DNA of 64,000 nucleotides from Eledone cirrhosa (Eukaryota): NCBI GenBank assembly GCA_964016885.1, contig OZ024740.1, positions 42,780,001 to 42,844,000 of the forward strand, read 5' to 3'. Shown piece by piece: positions 25,834 to 38,580 of this stretch (position 1 is its first letter; each line of letters starts with the position of its first letter). The notes under the pieces were generated by a model. It saw only the letters and a program-made list of their open reading frames with translations, ran no database searches and was not told where the DNA came from. The position numbers and the translations under genes were made by a program.

Positions 25834-26315
25834 CATTATATAGAGAGAAATATGGGATAGAAAACCACCAGAGTGGAGAACATATTGTCTACAAAAGGAA
25901 AGAAGAATACAGATCAATTAAAATGACATGCTCCAACTATAGCATGTTTCAACACAAAAAGTGTAGATTCCATTTTGTAGAGGGCTTGTCAACAGGTGGA
26001 CCACAATATAGTCTACACGTCTAAAAATATATCAGATAACTAAAATAACGCATGCTTTACATGTGGCATGAATGGAGCAAAAGACTGCTAAAAACAGCTG
26101 CTTCAAACCATTCGACTTAAGAAGCTCTACTTACATATACAAATGAATTAGGAGACAATATATCAAATTAATTAGTTATATGTTGGTAGATTATAAGCAT
26201 CTTTATTTTATATAGAAATGTCTTTAACCGTTTAATTCGTATGAAATCATCGGTCTTAGAAATTGTACATAAAGTTTTAGTCAAGTTTCCTCTCTCTCTC
26301 TCACTATATATATAT

Positions 26316-26371
<56 letters not shown>

Positions 26372-26404
26372 TTACACGGGTGTGTATGATTGCGTATAGA
26401 AGAT

Positions 26405-26720
26405 TATATTAATAAAAGGAATTCCAACTTTGTCTGATTTACTCGTTTTATTTACAATCCTTTAACATCTATAATGGTATTAGAATGAAATAATATGGTA
26501 GAATATTAAATGTTAAGTGTTAATTGAACAAGTACTTTCATGCTTTCGCAATCTTCAGGTTCGTATACTGTGGTGACAGTCAAGTTTGCAATTTTCAACT
26601 GTGTTGACAGTACTTGTGCAATTAACACTTAACACTTAATATTCTACCATACTATTTCATTCTAATACCATTATACATTTTAAAGGATTGTAAATAAAAC
26701 GAGTAAATCAGACAAAGTTG
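26405..26720. mobile_element. Fold-back element (~130-bp arms) with a compact HHR on - at 26526-26562
   Basis: Reverse complement reads GAAC CUGAAGA UUGC GAAA GCAU GAAA GUAC UU GUUC. Confidence 0.85.
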
Positions 26721-26735
26721 GAATTCCTTTTATTA

Positions 26736-26767
<32 letters not shown>

Positions 26768-29099
26768 CTGTGTCTGTGTGTCTGTATCTGTGTGTGCGTT
26801 TGTGTTTTTTTACTTCTAAAGAAACCACGATGCGAACAATTTGAGGGGAGAGGAAAGTCAACTACATCTGGCACATTATTTTATCGTCCCTGCTAGAATG
26901 AATGGCAACGTTGATCCCGACGGGATTTGAAATCAGTCTTACCTAAATGTTGCAGAACATTTTTTAAAAACAATTTAAGGATTCTTCTAATCCACCACCC
27001 TACTTATATCGATAATATTTATAACGCAACAATTAATATATATATATATTATTAAAAACAAAACCCGAAGACCACATAGTGTAAACCATCCACACATTTG
27101 TGAGAACCGAATGGCTAGATCGAGGCAGATGACCGCATAAATGTGTCCCACGTTCACATATATTGCAATCATGTGCTCTCAAATACACCCATAAATATAT
27201 TTTAAGCTGGCTATGTAAAAAGCAATCAAATATGGGTCTTGTTTTATGCACTTAGAGATTAATGGTGTAGTCCTCAGCAAAAGCCTTACTTTAGGTTAAC
27301 TCTTGTAAACGTTTCATCACAGACGACATGTAGTCATAATTATTAACTTTGTAAACGCTCTGTGTATATCACAGGGACACGTTTGTAGAAACGTTGACCC
27401 CATATTATCCAATGGTGGACCTCCCCTCACTTGTGATTTACACGCATGTTACTTTCGCTCCCTAACAATCTGCATTTTTCTTTTTGCTTTATATTTTCTG
27501 ATTCCCCTCTTCAATTTTTATCTTCTCCCCACCGATGCAAGGAAACATTTATTACTGGGGTGATGGCTGTAGGATGTGGGTTAATGGAAATTTGTAAACA
27601 TTTCTAGCAGCAACCTGTCACGTTATGGTTTCCTCACTGGCTTTTTGTAAATATTACATAAAATGATGGCTTTCGATGGTGGAGTTCTAGAAACTTGCCA
27701 ATTGCCAGCTGAACCGGGGCCATGTATGAGGAGAATATCATCGAAATAACCATCATTAGAAATAGCGATTCAATATTTTGATCCAACCTTCAAATTTGTT
27801 CAATCAGGCTCTGATCAGCTCAAGAAAAGTTTTCAAAAAGAATATGATAAACCAAAAATTGCCGTTGTACATTACGTCACGTGAAGTCACGTGGCTTAAT
27901 GTTTAGATTGTTTGGCTCTCATATTAACGTCATGTGTTCAATTGCCGGCAACGCGTTGCGTCATTGAGCAAGACGCTTTATTGTTACTCTCGTCCTTTTA
28001 GCTGACGAAAATGAGTTTTAGCTATAATATAAAAAAACCAAGCCTTATCACAAACTGCATCACGTTGAATCTTCCTGAGAATCACACTAAATGTGTACGT
28101 GTCGATAGAAGGCATATAAATTTCACGAACATGCTGCTTTGTCGTTCGACTAAGTGGAACATTGTTAGAACTGACGGTGGGCTGACAATAAAGATAATTT
28201 ACCCCAGCGTATCCACTGGTATTTATTTCACAAATTTCTCTGTTTTTAGAAGGAAATCCATTAATCTAAAGAATGACAACACCTCCCATCATCTTTCCCT
28301 ACATCTTTTTGATGTCTTCATATAATACTTATCCTGGTTTTATAGTTACACTTGATATATTTTGTTGGTTATTATCTTAGGACCCACACGTATTCCTGAA
28401 ATTATGGCTCATGCCAAGGTTTCTATCCAATTGTCGCCTACTTTATAATTATTTTTGGATTTTGTTGACAGGGCTAATGTTCCCACCGTTTTGTTTTGTT
28501 TTTTCACGTCTCTACATGAACATCGCTATCTGTAATGATACCTTTCCTGTCAGTCTTGAAATGATTAACGATACTAAAGTTATTTTGGCAAATGCATTCA
28601 TTCATTTTACACGTCCCGAGGGAAGAAGTTTAATACCAGTAGTTAAAGAATTAGATTTCCTCATCAGCACCCCAATCATAATCCTAACTACAAAAACTGA
28701 AATTTCTGGTGTGAAAATAAAAGTAGTAAATAACAAAATAAAGGAAAAAATATATATTCTGTATACTCGGAATATATGTCTTCTCAGCTTCCTTGATATT
28801 AACATTTCTAATTTAGGCAAGAAGCAAGCAGTTTATCGGGTGGGAGTAAGATGATTATAACGACCCCAGTATTAGAACGGTACATAGGTTTTCGGAACCT
28901 GAAAGATCAAAAGCCCATTTTACCTCGGAAGAATTTAATCACATGTTCAATAATGCGAAGCATTAGTCCAGTGCTAATGTGCCTCTCTCCTTACTTGACT
29001 CATGAAATTCCATATTATCAATGGAAAATGCTCAGGTTCAGCAATATTATAAGACTTACAGTTACATCTTGGAAGTAAGTCCGTTCAGTTGGCTCAGAC

Positions 29100-30050
29100 T
29101 CACCACATTCAGTGAACGTGATGACGCCACATTCAACAAAATTCATTAACAATTAGCAAGTCGCTTTTCACCCTTAACTTCTTTTTTCTTTATCTGGAAC
29201 TTGTATTAGTTGATGATTGCTTCAAGAAGTGGAAACTGTATACCCTCAACTATTTCAAACTTGTTTTCCACACAATCTCTTTCACCAGAGAAATCTGCCT
29301 TCTGTACCAAAGGAAGATAGCGGGTGAACCACTCGATGAACTTAGCTGATAGGCGAATCCGTCAATCAGCTATTCAACATAACCCCGCAAATCATTAATG
29401 CTCGAGCATGTGTGTGTGCCGATCAGCACACGTCACAGTCAAACATGTCTGATAGCACATCCGTACCTGCAGAGTTTCTCCAAGCGTTAACATTCTCAAA
29501 TATAAATTGTTCACGGGATCTTTGACAACGCTTCGAGAGTCCTCAAGAACATAGTTACTACTAGCCTTTACTAATCCTCTATAAAATGTAATGGTTTATG
29601 TATCTCCAATGACTTGTAGAAAACTGTGAACGTTTGGTATAATACCAGGTGCCAGAAGTCCAATCTTTGTATTTGTCTGATACAGATTTGAAGCTGTGTC
29701 AAAAAAGTGTCGGAAGATATGCCTGTTAGCTGGCAACCATAATTGTTCACGGTCCAGGAACTTTTGCAGATAATACAGTCTCTGTGCATGCCTGCTTAAC
29801 ATCAGCCTTCATACTTAGTGTGGCTACAGCTGATGTATCATAAGCTGTTGGTGATAATAACCGACCTCTCTTCGAAATATCTCAAATATACAGATTATTT
29901 TGGAAATAAAAAAAACATCTTTAAAAAGAGAGTAATTGTAAACCAGCGACTTATTGTCTAAGTGTTCGTTGCACCAGCTAGATATAGCAGCCAAATATTC
30001 TTCAATATTGCCTATCATTTTACGAAAAGCTGAAAACGTTTGATAAATTA
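29100..30050 (-). pseudogene. Highly degenerate hAT (Charlie/Buster-like) transposase remnant
   Basis: Fragments resemble HCIIH and ..FIK...N...F....IG..H..L.H..VRWLS blocks, broken by many stops and frameshifts. Confidence 0.35.
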
Positions 30051-31578
30051 GTTAAAACAATTGCAACAGATGTCCTGTCCCCTTCTGAACTCACATATTA
30101 ATAACGATTATGTAAAAGGCGACGCCTCTAACAAAATTAAATTATTGGCATATAACATAAGGACTTTAGAACAAAGGAGTAACGCAATCTGACCCCAATA
30201 AACCATCACTCCTGTGAAGATTTAAACTACGCATCTTAATTGAAGCTAAACACTTACTCGTTATACAAAGATGTTTCGTCTTAAAAGAATTGTATCTTAG
30301 CGTATTATCAAATTGTAACTAAATCGGCAGGCTTATTTTCTATCTAAATTTTCATAGTTATAGATAAAGTACTGAAATATATTATTTTCGAAGTGGTCTT
30401 TCGGCTACCTGAATTCTCTGAATACTTCTTAAAACAATTAATAGTTTGATCATGAAACCAAGAAAATTACATTTTCAATTAGCCTTATATCTTTGTAACT
30501 GACACGATTACTTTAATTGTATTTAGTCATTACATCGAATTAATGTCCATTTGTACAGATTGTGACATGAACCATTAAATTGGCAGAGTGTGTCCTACCA
30601 TTTATGTGATTGTTTAGATAACAGAATCAATAAATGAAGCAAGTGCTATATAAAATCATTTTAATTCAATTACACTGCTATATCATAGTTGTTTCGATTT
30701 TCATTTATTATTTCACTGGCTTCAGCCATATGTCTGTGGCCAAGCTGGGGTATCACGTCAAATATATTTAGGTTCACGATCTAAATATATATTTTCAGAT
30801 TTGGTACATATTTTATCGACCTATTTGTGTCGGCACGTCATGTTACGTGACATAAAAACAGATAATAACACAAACATAAACATATACACCGACACACCCA
30901 CAAACATGTGTTGGCTGTTATTTCTAACAGCTCGAATGGGTTATTATTTCGACATTCCATCCATTTCATTTCTCCTTTCTGTAACTTGTAATTCTGTTAA
31001 GAGAGGAAACTACTCCTTGCGTCAAACATGCGTCCATACACGTTCTACCGTATAGAAGGAAGTGGACATGATTGGGAAGACAGGCCTCTCCTTTTTGTAC
31101 ACTCTGCTCTTTATTTCTCTGATATTCTTGTTCAAACGAATCTGCAGTAGCCAATACGCTATAACCCCTGGTTCTACGAGACAAAACCCTTTGTTTCAAA
31201 GTGTTTGTATTTATCTAAGAAAAAACCCTGCATCATAATGTTATGAATAATTGTTAAAGTACGTTCGAACAGCAGATTAATAATGATTTCTTTATTTTTT
31301 AATAAGAAAGTTTGTTATATTATTAAATCCCTCCACTTTCGTGACTAATTTTAAAATTATCGGCAGTGTCATCATTAGAAATATGTTAATGGAAGTATGC
31401 ACACGACAGACGTGAGTTTTTACTGTTTGTTCTTCCTAGTTATTTGTGTTGATGTTAGTCTTCATCGCCTGTTTAAATGAGGTTTGTAACGACACATAGA
31501 ACACACATTCTCCGATAACGCTATTGCATTCAACATACATTCTATTACATATCCTATCCATCTGAACAAATATTTAAT

Positions 31579-31965
31579 AATTGTTTCTGCTTTTGGTACA
31601 AAGCCAGCAATTACTCAGTGCATTACTGGTACTTTATTTTATCGACCCCATAAGGATGAAAGACAAAGTTAACCTCCACGAGATTTGAACTCAGACCGTA
31701 AAGGGACGTAACTATGCTGGAAAGCATGGCGTCCGACCCTCTACCGATACTGCCAATTTACCACCCTTATTTAATAATTGTTTCTACTTTAGGCACAAGG
31801 CCAGCAATTACCCAGTGCATTACTGGTACTTTATTTTATCGACCCCGTAAGGATGAAAGGCAAAGTCAACCTCGGCGGGATTTGAACTCAGATCATAAAG
31901 GGACGTAACTATGCTGGAAAGCATGGCGTCCGACCCTCTACCGATACTGCCAATCCACCACCCTT
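31579..31965 (-). mobile_element. Head-to-tail dimer of the same SINE (~193-bp period)
   Basis: Two near-identical consecutive copies starting at ~31579 and ~31773. Confidence 0.85.
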
Positions 31966-32639
31966 ATTTAATAATGTTGGCTCTGATGTTGTTGAGTTTT
32001 CTCATGTGCAACAAGGTTGGTGATGTAATTTTCCCATTTTATGTTCATGATTGATGTATTACAAACTTATTAATATAATTAGGATCCAATTGAAATAGTC
32101 ATATTCACATATATGTTATAAACAAAAAAAATCACTTTTAGTATTTATAAGATATATTTCCATCTATTTCAGAAATAACGAATATATCAAACACATCAAT
32201 TGCACACACGCACAAATTTGAAATATGGTTGACAGGTTGAGTGCAAATAAAAATACGTCTTGTTAGTCTATGCGATTCATACAAAAACTAATTTCCTTTC
32301 TAGCTTGCATTTTACATAGGTTTAAATTAAAATCTTGTCCAAAGATATAATAAATTGCAGTTGGTCTAAACTTGGCTAACATCTGAAAGATTGAAAGAAA
32401 ATTGTCGACTAGATTTCCTTTTTCCAGAATTTGATGCGCCAGCATGAAGGACTATACGTGGACAATCGATATGTTAGAAATAATAAAGAAATCTTCTGCA
32501 TCACACACATCTGTCTTAAAAACTGAAAAAAAAATGCAAAAGATATTGTAGCCATAGTTACACTATATCTGGATGAGAGATTCTGTGCTTGCGGCTGGAA
32601 AGTTTTTAATGTGAAATCATCTAGAGACAAAAAAATAAC

Positions 32640-33012
32640 AACTACACCACCAACACCACTTCCACCACCTTCAGCACTAAAACTAACCTCTACCACCACC
32701 ACTACTACCAGCAATAATAAAAACAACACCAACAACACCAACACCAACACCACCCCCATCACCACCACTACCTCCACCACCTCCAGCACTATAACTAACC
32801 TCTACAACGACCACTACTACCAGCAATAATAAAACCAACACCAACACCAACACCACCTCCACCACCACCACCTCCGAAACCTCCACCACCTCCACCACTA
32901 CTACCAGCAATAATAAAGACAACACCAACACCAACAGCACCACCACCACCACCAACGACGCCATCATCGTAACTACCACCTGTATGACCAGCAACAACAA
33001 AAACAACAACAT
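32640..33012. repeat. (ACC/AAC)n trinucleotide-derived tract with higher-order duplication
   Basis: Repeated accaccactactaccagcaataataaa blocks. Confidence 0.8.
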
Positions 33013-33829
33013 CATAGAAGTGACTGAGTGTACGTAAACCCTATGAATATAATCGATCACTCAATGGATCTACGTCAGATTCGAACATGAGTGTTACAGT
33101 TGTTCAATCAACGAAACAGCTAGCTTATGAAATAAACACGCAACTACTTGAGTCTTCCACAGATACGCGTGGACTTAACGTAATTTTCGATGTGATTCAG
33201 CATGAAAGAGTGTGTGACAAAGCTGACCCTTTGAATTATAGATACATTCCATTCGACTGTCTTTCAAACAGCTTCTGTTTACCCATTTTCATTACTTCGC
33301 CTCGATGTTATGGTAAATGATACTTGCCTAACATGTCACACTGGGATTGAATCTGCGATCTTATGATTGCGGTGCAAACCTCTTAATTAATTGGTTTCTA
33401 GGTAATTAAAAATCACACAAAACACACACACATCTGTCTTTAAAAAGTAAAACAGAAATGCAAAAGATATTGTAGGTCAACTTTACCTTTCATCCTTACG
33501 GGGTCGATAAAATAAAGCACAAGTAATGCACTGGGGTAATTGCTGGCCAAAAGTAGAAACAATTATTTCGAGTCACGGTCCTTTGCGTTCTCAGTTCAAA
33601 TCTCGCCCAGGTTAGCTTTGCCTTTAATCCTTACGGGGTCGATAAAGTAAAGTACTAGTAACGCACTGGGTCGATTTAATCAACTTTCCCCTCCCCAAAA
33701 CTGTTGGCCTTGTATCTAAATCAGAATCCATTATTTCTTTCTTTTTAAATATGAAATGAAAAGAACACTTGAATGTAATACGTGAAATATATCTAAAAAT
33801 ATGTCGGCATACCATATTTCGTAGCAAAG

Positions 33830-34100
33830 TAAACCTTTTTAGAGTAGAATCTCACTGCATAAAATATATACAGGCGATACCTCACCTTTTTAGTATGAAA
33901 TCTTCATTGGAGAAAATACATATATGATACTCTAACTTACAGGAGAAAATAAAGTAATACCTCAACTTTTAGAGTGAAATCTCACTAGAGAAGATACATA
34001 GGTGATACCCTACATTTTAGAGGGAACTCTTTGTGGAAAAAATACATCGTGCCCCACCTTTTGAGGTGAAATCTCACTGGGGGAAATACAAAGGTGATAG
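33830..34100. repeat. Degenerate ~45-bp tandem repeat (ccttttagagtgaaatctcactggagaaaatacataggtgata-like)
   Basis: About six diverged units are visible. Confidence 0.65.
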
Positions 34101-37100
34101 TCAGTTGTTAATAAAATGTTATTTTTTATTAATATCGATAATACTAAAATTCATCTAATTGTATGTTTGCATGTGACTGTGTCTTAACTGAATCAATTGA
34201 TTCTACATATAAAATGTTTCGATTTGAATAAAGTAATTTGCTCTAAATTTGATGCAATAACCACTTGTAATTAAAGTTTGAATTTTCATTATATAAATCG
34301 CTAGAGAGTCGGCATTACGGGCAGCCAATACTGATACACACTCACAGAAAAACGTCACAGCACGGGAAACAACATAAGGGCCGATTTCACTCGCTAGAAA
34401 TAACAGTCACTATCGTGGCACACGCAACGGATGACTTCACATAGAAGAGCAACAAATAAAGGACGCTTCGACCTGCAAGAAATATTAGCCAACACGTATG
34501 TGTGTCCGTGTCTATATTCATGTTTGTTTTAGTGTCTCTGTTCGTATCTCGTAGCATAACATTTTGATAAAGGAGAGGTCGATCAAATATGTTCGAAAAA
34601 GTAAATGTTAGTGCAGGAAATATCAACTAAATATCTTAAAGGTTGTGCCACAGCAAGGCCACACAACCACTGTAGCCAGTAAAAGAATACATGAACAATG
34701 TCGCATTCCAATTCGGATTGATACAATCAATATTTCCTTGGAATAATCTAATATTGAAATAAACTAATATGAAAAAAAGATATGCCTAGGATTTAATATT
34801 TTAAACAAAACATTTAAAACAATATTAACTTTCTCATACATATATTTTCAACAGTTACTTGGAATGTGTTAGTTTCAATTTACGATATGAATTGTAAGTA
34901 CAGAAGTATGTTCCGGACACAAAAATAGTTATATAATAATATTTATTTATAATAAAAAATGTTGATTATAAATAGACATTATTATATAACTATTTCTTTT
35001 CTATTCTACCTTCATGTTTATAAACATTAAATTAATCCCCGTCATACACAAACACAGACACACACACACACACACGTGCAAACGCGCACACATTAATTTT
35101 CCCATTGTTTTTGTGTCCAGCTCCTCATCTTCTTTCTTTCAGTTGTAGTCTTTGCATATCTTCCTGGTCAAGGGTGACCATCTACCCTCTTTCTTAACGG
35201 TGTCCCATTCACCCACACACCATGTCCAGCCACCATGTCAACACTGAGTTAATGACGCTCCAAACGTCACTACTAGTCTCCTTTTGATGCTTCTACACTT
35301 ATAATTATCCACAGTCTGTTTCAAATGTTTCTGTCTGGACTCCTTTATTACGTGTCTCAACCATGACCATCCAATGGAATTATCCTAATTCTCATTAAAC
35401 AAAAGATTCGCCTATTCAGTACATTATTTCCCGCGCAGCGCTGATTACCCTTGTGTTATAAATGTCCAAAAGAGAACGGTTGCCAAACTTCAAGATGGAT
35501 AGATAATATATTACAAAAATGTGTATCTGTAAAAGATGATATAAACCTTGTTTTTGATATAATAAATTCATGCAGAAATACTATGATTTTTACTCTACAG
35601 ACTAGCAACTATTTCGGGATATTATTTACGGTCAACGCTGGGTAGCAACTCACGTATATTAGTATTTTTTTAAATTTAATTAATGGAAAATTATGTTAAA
35701 TATCGTGCATTCTACATTGAGACTGTGTGCACATAAACCTATATGGGCAGGCATCATGATTTCCTCCGATATTTTCCATTATAAATTAAAGTAGCGACTC
35801 GACTTCAAAGTATGTTGTTTTTCTTGTTTTATATAAATTAACAATCAATAACTATAGATATATATTAAAACAATATTTTTGCTAAAAAGAATGTTTTCCT
35901 CTATAATTTATTTCCATCATATCTAAACTTAGAAATTATTTAAAATTTGGATGAGAATATTTGTTGGCATCATGTTCCGGGAATCGATTTCATGAGAATT
36001 CTATGCCTCTTGTATTGGAGAAGAATTCTGTGTGATCTCCTCAAAGAAATCATTGGATTTGGTTTTCTTTGATTCGCTCTCAACGCCTGAAGCAAGAAAA
36101 GGTTTCCGAAAGACCTAGCACCTATTCTGGTCACTCTAAAATTAGCCATATAAACTTAACTATCTTAACTGGAATGCAATTGAAAAACAGCAATACATTT
36201 TAGCTTGTACTTCAATACCTTATCCTGTACCAATTAACCTTTACTTTAGACTACGTATAACTTCTAGTAATAAACGTATACTTCTAACAGAATTTATACA
36301 GATAATATTTTGTCATGTTCGGAAAATTCTATACATACTGCAATTCCTTAGATTCCTTGGTGAAGAATAATTCTTACTATCTAAGAATCACTACTTTATA
36401 AATGTAGGAATGCTGTTGTATGACCTCCATTCTTAAATATAGCACCTTTGTAATTACCTTTAATATTTATGAGAATTGAAACAAATCCATGTTACCAAAT
36501 CAAAGTTTTGTTCACAAAACAAACATTAGTAATAATATACTATAATATAGTCGATAAATGATATAAGATTTAGAAACTAAAATATATCATTCTGTTTATG
36601 CATTTTATGCATATTCGTGGAAGAAAAACATCGGATCAGTAAATCATTAGTATTACAAATCAAACTAGAATATAACTTTTTACAATACAAGCTAATAAAG
36701 TACAGCAGAATTAGTTGGGTGGAGTTATCAGCTCAATTGATGATCTAATAGATACATAACCAATTCAATTCTATAGCATTCTCTAGATCATTTCCTATTA
36801 AAGTCAGGTCCCATCACAATCGTATTATCAACATAGTTTGATGAAACAAAAGATCAAGGAATCCATTATGTAATACATAATTATTTTACTGATCTGGCCG
36901 AAACGATATCCAATGTCAACAGCAACTGAATGTCGTATCACAAACGTCACAAACAAAATAGGAACCACTAAATAGTATAAATTCTGCTACTACACACTTA
37001 AAGGTTTTTCACTCTATTGCCTGAATAGGCACTATAATACTAATGGCTTGAGATAGAAAACTCTGATGCAAACAATCAATGAACTTGAAATAATTTATAT

Positions 37101-37104
37101 CTCA

Positions 37105-38070
37105 CTGGATATTCGACAGAGCCGTCTGACAACAGGCGAAACTCCCAGTGAGGTTCGGTGGCCTCGGTTTACGATCAGATTCAGATCTGGTACTGCTGGC
37201 ATGTTTCCTCTCAATGTCCTCCAATCGCACCTTCATCAGCAAGGTCATCAGCAAGACGGCCGATCCTGACGTGGCCCTAGAACTGGAGCAGGATTTGGCT
37301 GACTGGACAGGCGAAGGCGCCCTCTGTCTCCCAGCATACAAATATTCAACGTAACTGGGACCAAATCAAGTGCTGGATTTCCTTTAGGTCGATTGTGTCT
37401 GGCCTCGCCAGCCTCTGATCGCTTCGCAGCCAAATATCGTTGCGTGGATCAATTCGGTGCCTTCTTCATCAACCGGTGCCCTTCTTGATGACGAGTGCAC
37501 TCGCATCGTAATGGCCAAAGGCATAGGTCTCCAAATGCGTTTGTGAGGCTGTCGTTGGCGAGTTTGGCAAGCACCCCCTGTCATGTCGCTAGAGCGCTGA
37601 GCAGTTCCCCTGATATGCCGCTCTCAACGACATATTGAGATGAAGACTGGATGCAGCCGGCCTCCCATCACAACTGGACCCAGCAGTCCTCGACCACAGA
37701 GACATCAATTAACCTCTATCCATTGAAAGAGGTACATTTCAAATTTGGGACGTGACATGCTGTAACACGTTCTCTGCCTCCATCTCAGTCGCTTCCCCCA
37801 CAAACCCCTGCATTGCGGGCCGCGATGCAGGTAACAGGAAGACATGCAAATACCGGAGCTTGTCCGGCCAATACCTTTTTGAACCGGTCGTTGTCGAGAT
37901 TCCAAGCGTTCTCACACCCTAGACAGTCGAACTCTTCCACAAAATCAGTATGTCAGCAGCCTGTCTGACGAAAGAGTACCGTGAGGAGCGGTGGTTGTAA
38001 TATGTGTCGCTCGCCATTATCCACGGAAATACCTTTGCCGTTTTATCTCGGGGCGCAGCCGAAATATTGC
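37105..38070 (+). mobile_element. Degenerate CRE-like non-LTR retrotransposon 3' fragment (RLE domain)
   Basis: GC-rich island. Translated pieces RFGGLGLRS, WINSVPSSSTGALLDD, WDVTC, KYRSL, FEPVVVE and SLAIIHGN. Confidence 0.7.
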
Positions 38071-38285
38071 CCCAACTTAGGCGCAGAGTCTATCACCCTC
38101 TCCCCTTCCACATCTCTCTCTTCCGTTGCCTAATAGTCCTTGCTCTTTCTCTACCTTTCCTCACATTTATGGCATTTATTGTCCTTTCCTTTACTTTCCT
38201 ATACAGTCAGATCCGCCCTTCTTTAGGCCTTCCCAGTTTTTCATTATACAATTTTGTTTTTATCTTTTTTTTTAAATATTTCCAT

Positions 38286-38580
38286 CATTGTTTCCCAAAG
38301 TGGGCGGTACCGCCCCCCTGGGGCGGTGTTTTGATATAGGGGGGCGGTGGGGGCGACAGTGTAGTATTAAAAAAAAGAAAAAACAAGCTATTTATTGTTT
38401 AAATTTTAAACAATTATATTTTTTACAAATATATTGCATATGTATATTAAGCATTTATATAGACATCTATAATAAAGACATCTATGAGATTGTGTAGATT
38501 CTACACAATCTCATAGATGATTGCTGATGGTATTACGTGGCCGTGAGGGGGGGGGGGGCCCAAAAGTTTGAGAACTTCTG
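38286..38580. mobile_element. hAT-Charlie-like MITE
   Basis: Imperfect TIRs cattgtttcccaaa / tttgagaacttctg with GC-rich subterminal blocks. A TSD is not clearly matched. Confidence 0.5.

Noticed and set aside
28011-29078. Cluster of 70-150-aa ORFs
   Set aside because: No recognisable motifs; they overlap a SINE and probable decayed transposon sequence.
30966-31199. 77-aa minus-strand ORF with ordinary composition
   Set aside because: No recognisable domain or supporting splice structure.
32409-33060. Val/Leu-rich membrane-like and Thr-rich mucin-like ORFs
   Set aside because: Explained by the (ACC/AAC)n trinucleotide tract.
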